Positions 47,355 through 55,912 of a DNA stretch of 64,000 nt are shown in pieces. Both the position numbers and the translations under genes were made by a program. The first letter of the stretch is position 1, and every line of letters starts with the position of its first letter. The notes under the pieces were generated by a model. The model worked only from the letters and a program-made list of their open reading frames with translations, was not told where the DNA came from and ran no database searches. The DNA is from Bdellovibrionales bacterium (GTDB lineage Bacteria; Bdellovibrionota; Bdellovibrionia; Bdellovibrionales; UBA1609): the NCBI GenBank assembly GCA_965199825.1, contig OZ241329.1:1440001-1504000 (forward strand), given 5' to 3'.

Positions 47355-48837
47355 TTCGCTGCCGGTTGTTTTTATGGATTGCCAAACGACCGGTGCGTCA
47401 CCAGCAAACGGCGAACTCTTAGAGATTGCGTGGCTTCACGGGACCGCTTTAAATTCGGGTGAGTTGCATTCAGCAATTTTACAGACATCATCTGTTGCTC
47501 CTCGAATCGAGTCGCTGACCGGGATTAGCGATGAACACATGCGCACCCATGGGCAAGATAAACTCGATGTGCTCAAGGATTTTTTAAAATCGATTGAAGG
47601 TGAAAAAAGGCATGCGGTCATTCACTTTTCGCAATTCGAGACCCCATTTTTAAATGAGTGGGCAAATATTTTTCCACTCGAAATTCTTTGTACCTATCAA
47701 ATTGCGCGTCGAATTTTGCCTAATTTTCCAACTCGCGGCGTGCGGGGACTTGCGGCTTATTTTGGAATGCCGCTTGAGGCCCTCAAGCGCGCCGAGCATC
47801 ATGTGCGCGCCACCGAGCAAATTTGGAAAGGACTTGTTGCAGAATTAAAAACTCAAGGGCTTACCACTTTAGAGGAGCTCCAAAACATATTGAGCTTGCC
47901 GGTTGGCAAAAAATCAAAACGTTTTGATTATCCAATGGAACGCCTCACCCGCCTGAAGCTCCCAGATCTTCCGGGAGTGTACCGTATGAAAAATCAATCG
48001 GGCCGTGTTCTTTACGTGGGCAAGGCGACATCCCTCAAAAGTCGAGTGAACAGCTATTTCAGAAGCAAAAAAAATCGCGATCCGCGTAAAACCGAAATGC
48101 TGATGCAGGTGCGCGATATCGAGGTCACACCTTGCAAAAGTCCGCTCGAAGCCGCGTTGCTTGAAACCGATGAGATCAAAAGATTTGACCCCCCGTTTAA
48201 TATCAATCTTAAAACGGGGCAGCGCCGCTTACATTTTTTTTCACGTGATTTTAAAAGTGTGAGTGAGGTCCCAACAGATCGACATCCCATAGGTCCGTTT
48301 GCAAGTATCTTGAGTATCAATCAAGTTTTGATATTAAGTATCACCCAAAATGACATTATCAGCTCGCAGATTTTTTTTGATCCCATTGATCAAGATCTGA
48401 TCCATCAAGGGTTTGAAACTTTGGTGCAGCGGTATCAGCTTAAAAATAATTTGTCTGTTCGTCAGTTTATTGCACTTGGTCTTAAACTATTAAAACGAGA
48501 TCAAAATATTACGGTTGCTGAACCTGAGGCCGAGGTCGAAGACGCCGAGATCGAACTCACCCCAGACTCCATTGCCGATAAATTTGAGCGACTATTAAAA
48601 CGAGTGGCTGGTCAATTTCAAAGGTCGAGAATTTTGACCAAATTATTAAATTCAAATGTTTCGTTTGAATCCTCATCGGGCACTCAACATATTGAAGTGC
48701 GGGGCGGAAAAATCGATCAAACCTGCGCTCAGGGCGGGTGGCAAGGATTGGGAATTGCCGACTATGATCGCATGAGTGTTTTGTTGTCGGAACTCACCAA
48801 ATGTCATGGTCATATTTCGCCACAAAATAATCTCTGA
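47341..48837 (+). CDS. DEDDh-like (degenerate) domain fused to a UvrC-type GIY-YIG endonuclease
   Basis: VFMDCQTTG...LLEIAW, LTGISD; PGVYRM...LYVGKATSLKSRVNSYF, EAALLE, PPFN. Confidence 0.85.
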   Translation: MMNLDSLPVVFMDCQTTGASPANGELLEIAWLHGTALNSGELHSAILQTSSVAPRIESLTGISDEHMRTHGQDKLDVLKDFLKSIEGEKRHAVIHFSQFETPFLNEWANIFPLEILCTYQIARRILPNFPTRGVRGLAAYFGMPLEALKRAEHHVRATEQIWKGLVAELKTQGLTTLEELQNILSLPVGKKSKRFDYPMERLTRLKLPDLPGVYRMKNQSGRVLYVGKATSLKSRVNSYFRSKKNRDPRKTEMLMQVRDIEVTPCKSPLEAALLETDEIKRFDPPFNINLKTGQRRLHFFSRDFKSVSEVPTDRHPIGPFASILSINQVLILSITQNDIISSQIFFDPIDQDLIHQGFETLVQRYQLKNNLSVRQFIALGLKLLKRDQNITVAEPEAEVEDAEIELTPDSIADKFERLLKRVAGQFQRSRILTKLLNSNVSFESSSGTQHIEVRGGKIDQTCAQGGWQGLGIADYDRMSVLLSELTKCHGHISPQNNL

Positions 48838-48904
48838 ATGCCACGAATCCGTTTTGCAAGGTGGTTAAAATCTTGTAAACCATAGTTCACCGAAGGGACA
48901 AAAA

Positions 48905-49243
48905 ATGGATTTTGAGTTTTTATCACAAGCCGATGCAATGACATTACGATTTGAAAAAGCAAAGCGGGCTCTTGAAACAGCGAAGTCAGAATTAGACCAA
49001 GCCAAGAGCGCATTTGAAGATCTTTTAACACAAGCCGATGATCATGGAATTCCAAAAAACAAATTGCGAAAGTTAGCAGAAGAGCGAATTTCTGCACTTT
49101 TTGAAATTGGCATGATCGATGGTATCGAAGCCGCTGCACCGGTAAAAGAAAAGCCAAAGAAAAAAAAGAAAGACAAACAAGCCATGCCCGATATTTTAGA
49201 AGAGGCACCGGCAAAAGAAACTGAAGAGGTTCTCGATGTCTGA
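48905..49243 (+). CDS. Small coiled-coil protein, GapR/DUF2312-like pattern
   Basis: FEDLLTQADDHGIPKNKLRKLAEER; Lys-rich tail; GGGA RBS. Confidence 0.55.
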   Translation: MDFEFLSQADAMTLRFEKAKRALETAKSELDQAKSAFEDLLTQADDHGIPKNKLRKLAEERISALFEIGMIDGIEAAAPVKEKPKKKKKDKQAMPDILEEAPAKETEEVLDV

Positions 49244-49478
49244 TGAAATGAAGGCCGAACTCGAGCGTTTAAGAGCCGAAAACGAAGCCTTAAAAAATAA
49301 GCCGGCTCGTGGCCAGCTCTCAATGAAGGTGAGCGAAAAGGGAGCCCTTTCTGTTTATGGAATGGGTCGATTTCCGGTAACACTGTACAAAGAGCAATGG
49401 CTAAAGCTTTTAGGAATTGCTGAAGAGATCAAAAGTTTTATCTCGGCAAACGACGAACGATTAAAAACAAAAGAGTAA
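49236..49478 (+). CDS. Small conserved hypothetical protein (KVSEKG..SVYG.GRFPVTLY.EQW family)
   Basis: Recognisable uncharacterised family; GAGG RBS; overlaps the preceding gene. Confidence 0.8.
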   Translation: MSDEMKAELERLRAENEALKNKPARGQLSMKVSEKGALSVYGMGRFPVTLYKEQWLKLLGIAEEIKSFISANDERLKTKE

Positions 49479-49541
49479 AAACCTAGACCAGATCCCACAC
49501 ACGTCTTCGCTTGCGGCATTTTGCAGTTTAAGTAAAATGCA

Positions 49542-49901
49542 ATGATGAAGAATTCGATTCTTATTCATAGCGTAGCAGATGTGGTCAATCGAAAGCCTCT
49601 GCTCACCCAAAGTGTAGAGGTTATCGAAATCGATCAGCAGCGAATGGTTTTTGAGATTCCGCTAACAGTCTTAAGTAAAAATCAAACTCTTCTGGTCGAA
49701 TGCGATTTGTTTATCAATGACGAGAAAATTCAATTTCAATTTACCGCCAACATAGAAAATATCGTGAATGATCTCAAACGCCTCCGTTTGATTGTTCACC
49801 TTTCGCAGTATGAAACACGCGTCTGGAAGAGCTTTGTAGAGAACGTGCAATCGCTCCAATTAAAGGTCGATAAAATTTTAAAAGATATTAAGGGTGAATA
49901 A
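49542..49901 (+). CDS. Hypothetical protein, possible degenerate PilZ-like barrel
   Basis: EIDQQRMVF and FQFTANI beta pattern with a C-terminal helix; coupled to the REC-TPR gene. Confidence 0.5.
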   Translation: MMKNSILIHSVADVVNRKPLLTQSVEVIEIDQQRMVFEIPLTVLSKNQTLLVECDLFINDEKIQFQFTANIENIVNDLKRLRLIVHLSQYETRVWKSFVENVQSLQLKVDKILKDIKGE

Positions 49902-51204
49902 AATCGTGGCGAACGAAAAAATGGCTGCTTTTTTTGACAATCAAACCTGTTTGATTGTTGAGCCGTCTCAAGCTTTTTTATCCTCTATTCAGTCGTGTAT
50001 CTCGAGCCTCGATATGCCAAGCCTCAAAGTGATGGTGGCAAAAAAATGGGAAGATGCTCTTAATTTTGTGCGGACTGAAAAACCCAAAATGCTGATTACC
50101 GAAACCGATGTGTCGGGCCATCTTGGGCTTGAGCTGATCGAGATTCAGCAGCAGATCTTTGGTGATAACGAGCGTGTGGCCATCGTAATCAGTCACGATT
50201 CAAGTGACTCAATGATTGCCGAGGCTGCTGAAGAGCAGGTGGATGTTTTTTTACTCAAACCTTTTTCTACCGATCAGTTTCGTCAAAAACTGATTGCGAG
50301 TTTAGAAAAAAAAATCACACCCACTCCTTATATGGCCACCATTCGTGAAGCCAAAGAAAAGCAGGCTCAAAAAGATTATGACTCTGCGATCTCGCTTCTT
50401 AACAAAGCAAAGTTGATGATCGATAAACCAAGTCTTGCTTGCGCTTATTTGGGCAGTATTTATCGACTTAAAGATGATCGCAAATCTGCTCTTAGTGAAT
50501 TTCGCCGAGGGCGCACCTTTCACTCTATGCACTACCAATGCATCATCGGCGAGTTTGAGGTCTTAATGGACGAAAAAGATTATGCAAAAGCCTATGAGCT
50601 GATCCCGGTGATCTCAAAAAACTTTCCTTTGACCCCAAAGCGGCTGGGCCAAGTTTTTATTGCATCGGTTTGTGCCCATCGATTTGAAAATTTGGGTGAA
50701 CACTTTCAGTTGTTCTCAAATCTCGAAAAGCGCTCACCAGAATTGGTCAAGGTTGCGTCAATGGCGCTGATTGCTGGCGGCAAATATTTTTTATCTCAAA
50801 AAAATCTTTTTAAGGCTGCCGATCTGTTTGAAAAAGCTTTGGCGGTGGCCAGTCGCGAATTTACTTATGTTCAGAATATTGCCAACGAACTCTTAGGTGT
50901 CGGGGCGCGAGAAGAAGCAAAAAGTGTGATTCAAAAAACATTGCAGGCCGACCAAAAAAATCCTGGCTATGACAGACTAAATTTTAAATACGACTTGCTG
51001 ACTTTAACGCCGGGTCAATTGATTGATGCCGCTCGCAAACATGGCAACTCGGGCAATGCCGATCAGGAAACCTATGTGGCTGTGATCAAAATTTTGGCTG
51101 AAGCCAAAAAAGAAACCCTTGCCGAAAGTATTATTGTAAAAGCGCTGCAGACCTATCCAGATCTTCGATCGCGGCTCTATGAGATTTTAGCCCAAAACGC
51201 CTAA
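49894..51204 (+). CDS. Pseudo-receiver plus TPR protein
   Basis: LIVEPS, MLITE, GLEL, LLKPF followed by TPR helices. Confidence 0.8.
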   Translation: MNKIVANEKMAAFFDNQTCLIVEPSQAFLSSIQSCISSLDMPSLKVMVAKKWEDALNFVRTEKPKMLITETDVSGHLGLELIEIQQQIFGDNERVAIVISHDSSDSMIAEAAEEQVDVFLLKPFSTDQFRQKLIASLEKKITPTPYMATIREAKEKQAQKDYDSAISLLNKAKLMIDKPSLACAYLGSIYRLKDDRKSALSEFRRGRTFHSMHYQCIIGEFEVLMDEKDYAKAYELIPVISKNFPLTPKRLGQVFIASVCAHRFENLGEHFQLFSNLEKRSPELVKVASMALIAGGKYFLSQKNLFKAADLFEKALAVASREFTYVQNIANELLGVGAREEAKSVIQKTLQADQKNPGYDRLNFKYDLLTLTPGQLIDAARKHGNSGNADQETYVAVIKILAEAKKETLAESIIVKALQTYPDLRSRLYEILAQNA

Positions 51205-51211
51205 TGACTTG

Positions 51212-51237
51212 AGCGATCGCTAAAAAAAGCGATCGCT
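51212..51237. terminator. Tandem palindrome/hairpin between convergent genes
   Basis: AGCGATCGCT-AAAAAA-AGCGATCGCT. Confidence 0.45.
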
Positions 51238-51253
51238 ATCGAAATTATTTTTG

Positions 51254-51628
51254 TTAGCGAACTGTGATGTGAACTGTTTTGCTCATCTCTGGTCCATAGG
51301 AGCGATGGGCCCCATCGGCAAATTGCAAAGTTAAGGTGTGTGCGCCCTTTGGTAAGGTGAGAGTTGTTTCGGTTTGGCCTTTACCGAAATGCAAGTGGGT
51401 GGCATCGGCCGCTACGATTTCACCTTTAGGTGTGGCGGGTTCATCAATCATCAAGTGATGATGACCAGAAGTTTGATCGGTTGCATCTTCACCTGCAGGC
51501 CGAACTTTAAATCCATCCACTTTCATTTGGACCTTAAAAGGACTTTTCACTTTTTGGCCATCTTTCAGATTTCCAAAATCAACTGTTCCCGCAAACGCAG
51601 CTGCTAAAAATAATAAAAATACCGACAT
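51254..51628 (-). CDS. DUF4399 family exported protein
   Basis: SGHHHLMID, HLHFGKGQTE, HTLTLQFADGAH. Confidence 0.9.
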   Translation of the reverse strand: MSVFLLFLAAAFAGTVDFGNLKDGQKVKSPFKVQMKVDGFKVRPAGEDATDQTSGHHHLMIDEPATPKGEIVAADATHLHFGKGQTETTLTLPKGAHTLTLQFADGAHRSYGPEMSKTVHITVR

Positions 51629-51736
51629 CGTTACTCCTTTGATAAAATTAAGACTTAAGTCCCATTTAAACATGGGCTATGCCTTGTCACCAGATATCAA
51701 GCTCACGCACAATAAAGCAAATAGGGAGTGCAGCAG

Positions 51737-52114
51737 ATGAAATTACGAAGAATTTTAGAATTGATTTTGGGGTTGATCTTTTTTGTGTTTGGTTTAAACG
51801 GCTTTTTTCATTTTCTGCCTCAACCTCCGTTGCCCGATACCGCAATGCCTTTTCTACAGGGTTTGATGAGTGCGAGTTATTTTTTTCCATTTATGAAAAC
51901 AATTGAAACGATTTGTGGCTTTTTATTTCTCACCGGATTCTATGTGCCTCTTGCACTTATTGTTTTGGCGCCGATTACTCTCAACATTTTTTTATTTCAT
52001 ATTATGCTCGCACCCGGCGGCTCACCCATGGCTATAGGAATTGCGGCGGTCCATGTGGCGCTCGGTTACCTTTACCGCGACACCTATCTCCCATTATTTA
52101 GGGCAAAACACTAA
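51737..52114 (+). CDS. DoxX-like membrane protein
   Basis: LGLIFFVFGLNGFF and LAPITLNIFLFH. Confidence 0.85.
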   Translation: MKLRRILELILGLIFFVFGLNGFFHFLPQPPLPDTAMPFLQGLMSASYFFPFMKTIETICGFLFLTGFYVPLALIVLAPITLNIFLFHIMLAPGGSPMAIGIAAVHVALGYLYRDTYLPLFRAKH

Positions 52115-52734
52115 TGCTTGAGCTTCCCCAAAGTTTTACCGGATCAACCCAATTAGATTCATCTGAAGGTTTTTTAAAAGGAGCCTTTTTATTTCGTGAT
52201 GTGCCCAACGTCACAAGTAGTTTTAACTTAAATCAAAAAGGTTTGGAAATTCGTTGTAGCTCGAAACCCCCAGAGACCGAGGGGCCCAAATTTTTTGATC
52301 GATTGATTCGTGCGGTAGTTCCTAAAAAAGAAGTGGCGCAGCCCGCGATTATTTTAAAATTGCAATCCACCCGCTTGGCCCAAGCCTTTCGGGAGCAAGA
52401 TCAGGTTCATATTTATTCCTCAGATAACAAATTAGGAATCGCCTGCATCAGACAAAATCAATTGGCTTTTGCACTCGGAGACTTAAGTGAGCTTTTGCCT
52501 CTTAAAGGGGCTGCAAATTTGGTTTTTGAAAATATGAGCGAAGATTTTGTTCTTCGCACTTCATTAAAACCTTTGAACCTTAAAGCGGGGCGGGTTGTTC
52601 CGGTTGGATACTACAACGTCGCCCTTTTGTCGGAACAGCCTTTTGTTACCATCGTTCGCAGTGGGATTAGCCTAACGATGGATGATCTCAAACATCTTCA
52701 ACGCGAGTGGACCCTTCAACGCGAAAAACTTTAA
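52114..52734 (+). CDS. Hypothetical protein
   Basis: 206-aa ORF coupled (TAATG) to the upstream gene. Confidence 0.6.
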   Translation: MLELPQSFTGSTQLDSSEGFLKGAFLFRDVPNVTSSFNLNQKGLEIRCSSKPPETEGPKFFDRLIRAVVPKKEVAQPAIILKLQSTRLAQAFREQDQVHIYSSDNKLGIACIRQNQLAFALGDLSELLPLKGAANLVFENMSEDFVLRTSLKPLNLKAGRVVPVGYYNVALLSEQPFVTIVRSGISLTMDDLKHLQREWTLQREKL

Positions 52735-53030
52735 GCCGCTTTTTTGATATTGATATTTAAGAGCCCGATTTGGCCAAGTTTCTTTTTGGCAAGCGGCCAA
52801 AAAACTTCGCGAATCTGAATCTCATCTGGCTTTAACTTGAGTTTACCAAAATTTTCGAGCTCAAATGCGCTGATGAATTCGGCTTCTGCAGAGCCTTTAG
52901 CAAGCTTCAATAGCAATCGAAATTGGACCTCAGAAAAATCGGCAGCAATCATCATTTTTCTTAAAGGTTGCTCAGGCGTGTTTTTTAAATAATCGCACAC
53001 GCCAACAATATCATCTTTAGTAATCATCAT
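52731..53030 (-). CDS. Small hypothetical protein
   Basis: AAGGAG RBS and a sigma28-type promoter upstream. Confidence 0.7.
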   Translation of the reverse strand: MMITKDDIVGVCDYLKNTPEQPLRKMMIAADFSEVQFRLLLKLAKGSAEAEFISAFELENFGKLKLKPDEIQIREVFWPLAKKKLGQIGLLNINIKKAA

Positions 53031-53051
53031 GGTTTGACTCCTTATACTGAC

Positions 53052-53078
53052 CTATCGGCTAGTCGAGTCGAGGGCTTA
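53052..53078 (-). promoter_or_regulatory. Sigma28 (FliA)-type promoter
   Basis: TAAG-N15-GCCGATAG, close to the TAAA-N15-GCCGATAA consensus. Confidence 0.75.
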
Positions 53079-53088
53079 ATGTCTTATT

Positions 53089-53918
53089 TTAGGATTCTGG
53101 CAGTGGAATAAATTCGGTTTCGCCTTCAGGGAGTCGAAATTCACCCGATTTCCAGGATTTTTTGGCAGCTTCGATCAATTCTTGATTGGTAGAAACAAAA
53201 TTCCAAAAAATTGTCCTGGGCTGAGACAGCGGCGGGCCGCCGATCATCATCATTCGGGTCTGTTGATCTCCTGCTCTGAGTTGAATTTTTTCGCCAGGCG
53301 AAAACACCGCAAGTTGGTCGGGTGTGATTTTTTGTTCTAAGGTCGAAACCTCGCCATCGATCACATATATCCCATATTCAAAACTTGGATCTTGATCAAA
53401 AACAAATTCGCTTTGGGGCGAAATAAGGGCATCTAAAAAATCATTTCACTGTGGACCGCAACCGGAGATTGATGCCCAAAAGCTTGGCCCACAAGGAGTC
53501 TAATTTGTAATTGCGAATTTTTAAATTGTGGAAGTATATCAGCAGCATAGTGAGTAAATTTGGGATCGATGGTTTCAGATTCCTGCGGCAGAGCCACCCA
53601 CAGTTGAAGCCCATGCAAATCGGTCAATTCTGAGCGCTCTGAGTGGCAAATGCCCTTGCCTGCGGTCATCCAATTGATCGCACCAGGTCGAATATTTAAA
53701 TTGTTACCCAAATTATCGCGATGAGTGATTTCGCCACTAAACAAATAAGTTACCGTAGCGAGCCCAATATGGGGATGAGGGCGAACGGCCATCTGAACTT
53801 TGGCTGGTCCCATATGATCGAAAAAAACAAAGGGTCCCACTGATCTTAAGCTGGAAGGCAGACTGCGACGAACAACAAATTCACCAAGGTCTCGAGAAAA
53901 TGGCTGAATGACTTTCAT
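53089..53918 (-). pseudogene. Pirin family protein, frameshifted
   Basis: VGPFVFFDHMG, HPHIGLATVTYLF and GLQLWVALP in 53433..53918; WNFVS and EFIPLP in another frame. One extra T in the T6 run at 53435-53440 joins the two halves. Confidence 0.85.
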
Positions 53919-54001
53919 AACAACACTAAAGCTGAAGTTCTAGAGGCGCGGCAAGAGAAAGTGTGTTACGTAAGGGTTCTTCTATTTACCAAAGGATCAT
54001 T

Positions 54002-55438
54002 TTGCAATCTTTTACAGAACTCCCATTGAGTCGTGAACTCCAAGCCTCAATCACAGAAATGGGCTACACAACACCAAGCCCAATCCAAGTCCAATCCATC
54101 CCAATTTTATTAAAAGAACCCACCGACTTTTTGGGTTTGGCTGCAACCGGTACCGGCAAAACTGCCGCATTTGGAATTCCGCTGCTTGAACAATTGGATG
54201 CATCAAAAAATCAAACACAAGCTCTTATTCTTTGTCCAACGCGCGAATTGGCGCTGCAAGTTTCTGGACAAATTTCTGCGCTTGGCAAACACAAAGGGAT
54301 CAAAGCCCTCCCTGTTTACGGAGGCTCTGGCTACGGTGAACAGATCGCCGGAATGAAGCGTGGAGCAGCGGTGATTGTTGGAACACCTGGTCGCTTGGTG
54401 GATCATATTGATCGAGGCACCTTAAAACTCAACAACATCCGCACCGTGATTCTTGATGAAGCCGACGAAATGATTTCGATGGGTTTTAAAAAAGACATGG
54501 ATAAAATTTTAAGCCGCGTTTCAAACGCTAACACCTGGCTGTTTTCGGCAACAATGAGCACTGAAGTTCGTAAAGTTGCAGATAAATTTTTGAAAGATCC
54601 AAAACATGTTCAAGTGAACCGTGTCGAGATGCTCTCGGCCACTGTTGAGCAAGTGTTTTATCCCGTGCGCGAAGCCAACAAACCAGAAATTGTTTGTAAG
54701 TTGATTGATGCCGCTGAGGATTTTTATGGTCTGATTTTTTGCCAAACCAAATCAATGGTTCAAACCTTGACCCATCTTTTGACCGAGCGCGGTTACCGTG
54801 CGGATTGTCTTCATGGCGATCGCGATCAATCTGCTCGTGAGCGAACAATGCGTTCGTTTCGTGAACACAAAGTCAATATCTTGGTCTGTACCGATGTGGC
54901 TTCACGTGGACTTGATGTAAAAGATGTTTCGCATGTGATGAATTACTCATTGCCACGTGAACTCGATAGCTATGTTCATCGTATTGGTCGGACCGCACGC
55001 AGTGGTCAAAACGGGATTGCAATGAGTCTTGTGTCACCTTCACAACGTGAACTTGTGTTCCGTATTGAGCGAATGACAAAAAGCAAAATGCGCGAAGGAG
55101 CAATCCCCACTCGCAAAGAGATTGGCCAAAAGAAAATCAACAAAATGTTTGAGACTTTTATGGCCCAGCCTTTTGAGCGTGCACAAACTTTATTAACTAA
55201 AGAGTGGAGCGAAGCTTTGGCAAATATGCCTGTGGATGAAATCGCCGCACGTTTTTTGACCATGTCATTTAAAGATTTGTTTATCGAAAGACCCGAAACC
55301 GATATCCGATCAGGTCCTGCTATTCGCACCGAAGAGCGTGCGGGTGAGGGTGGCCAAGGACGACGACCAAGCAACAATCGTCAGCGTCCAAGTTGGAGAA
55401 AGAAGACCAATTCAAGATCTTCTTATGCTCAACGCTAA
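54002..55438 (+). CDS. DEAD-box RNA helicase (DeaD/CshA-like)
   Basis: PSPIQ, ATGTGKT, PTRELA, DEADEM, SAT, HRIGRTAR; AAGGA RBS before TTG 54002. Confidence 0.92.
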   Translation: MQSFTELPLSRELQASITEMGYTTPSPIQVQSIPILLKEPTDFLGLAATGTGKTAAFGIPLLEQLDASKNQTQALILCPTRELALQVSGQISALGKHKGIKALPVYGGSGYGEQIAGMKRGAAVIVGTPGRLVDHIDRGTLKLNNIRTVILDEADEMISMGFKKDMDKILSRVSNANTWLFSATMSTEVRKVADKFLKDPKHVQVNRVEMLSATVEQVFYPVREANKPEIVCKLIDAAEDFYGLIFCQTKSMVQTLTHLLTERGYRADCLHGDRDQSARERTMRSFREHKVNILVCTDVASRGLDVKDVSHVMNYSLPRELDSYVHRIGRTARSGQNGIAMSLVSPSQRELVFRIERMTKSKMREGAIPTRKEIGQKKINKMFETFMAQPFERAQTLLTKEWSEALANMPVDEIAARFLTMSFKDLFIERPETDIRSGPAIRTEERAGEGGQGRRPSNNRQRPSWRKKTNSRSSYAQR

Positions 55439-55779
55439 CTGATCTTTAAACGTGAGCCGCAATTTTGGCAGCTCACTTCAATTGGAACATTGACATATTT
55501 TTTATCGACTTTGAGAGTGTCCTGGCAATCGGGACACTTGAAATCAAATGGCGTAATCTTAAAATGCTTTTGATAACTCGAATATCCCGCCCATGGCGCA
55601 AGTAGCAGCAACAGCGGCACCAAAAAAAAATGGATCACCGGAAGTAAAATCGCAAGTGCAGCACAGACCACGACCGTGGCAAAACGAGTTGCTCCCAAAA
55701 TGATTCTTTGTTGGAGGCTCAGTGGTTCAATTTGAACTTCGAGATTCAACTCTTTTCCGGATGAACTTTCAACACGCAT
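55435..55779 (-). CDS. Small 2-TM protein with Zn-ribbon
   Basis: Hydrophobic hairpin followed by CPDC...CQNC. Confidence 0.65.
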   Translation of the reverse strand: MRVESSSGKELNLEVQIEPLSLQQRIILGATRFATVVVCAALAILLPVIHFFLVPLLLLLAPWAGYSSYQKHFKITPFDFKCPDCQDTLKVDKKYVNVPIEVSCQNCGSRLKIS

Positions 55780-55912
55780 AACAATCACCTTTTTTTGACC
55801 CAGTGATGAACGATGGTAGAGGATAGCATCGGTTTGATCCGTAACGTCAAGTTTGGACATCGCTTTTGAAGGCGCGTACCGTGAGAGGCTTGGCTTGATC
55901 AGTTCTGAGGAG

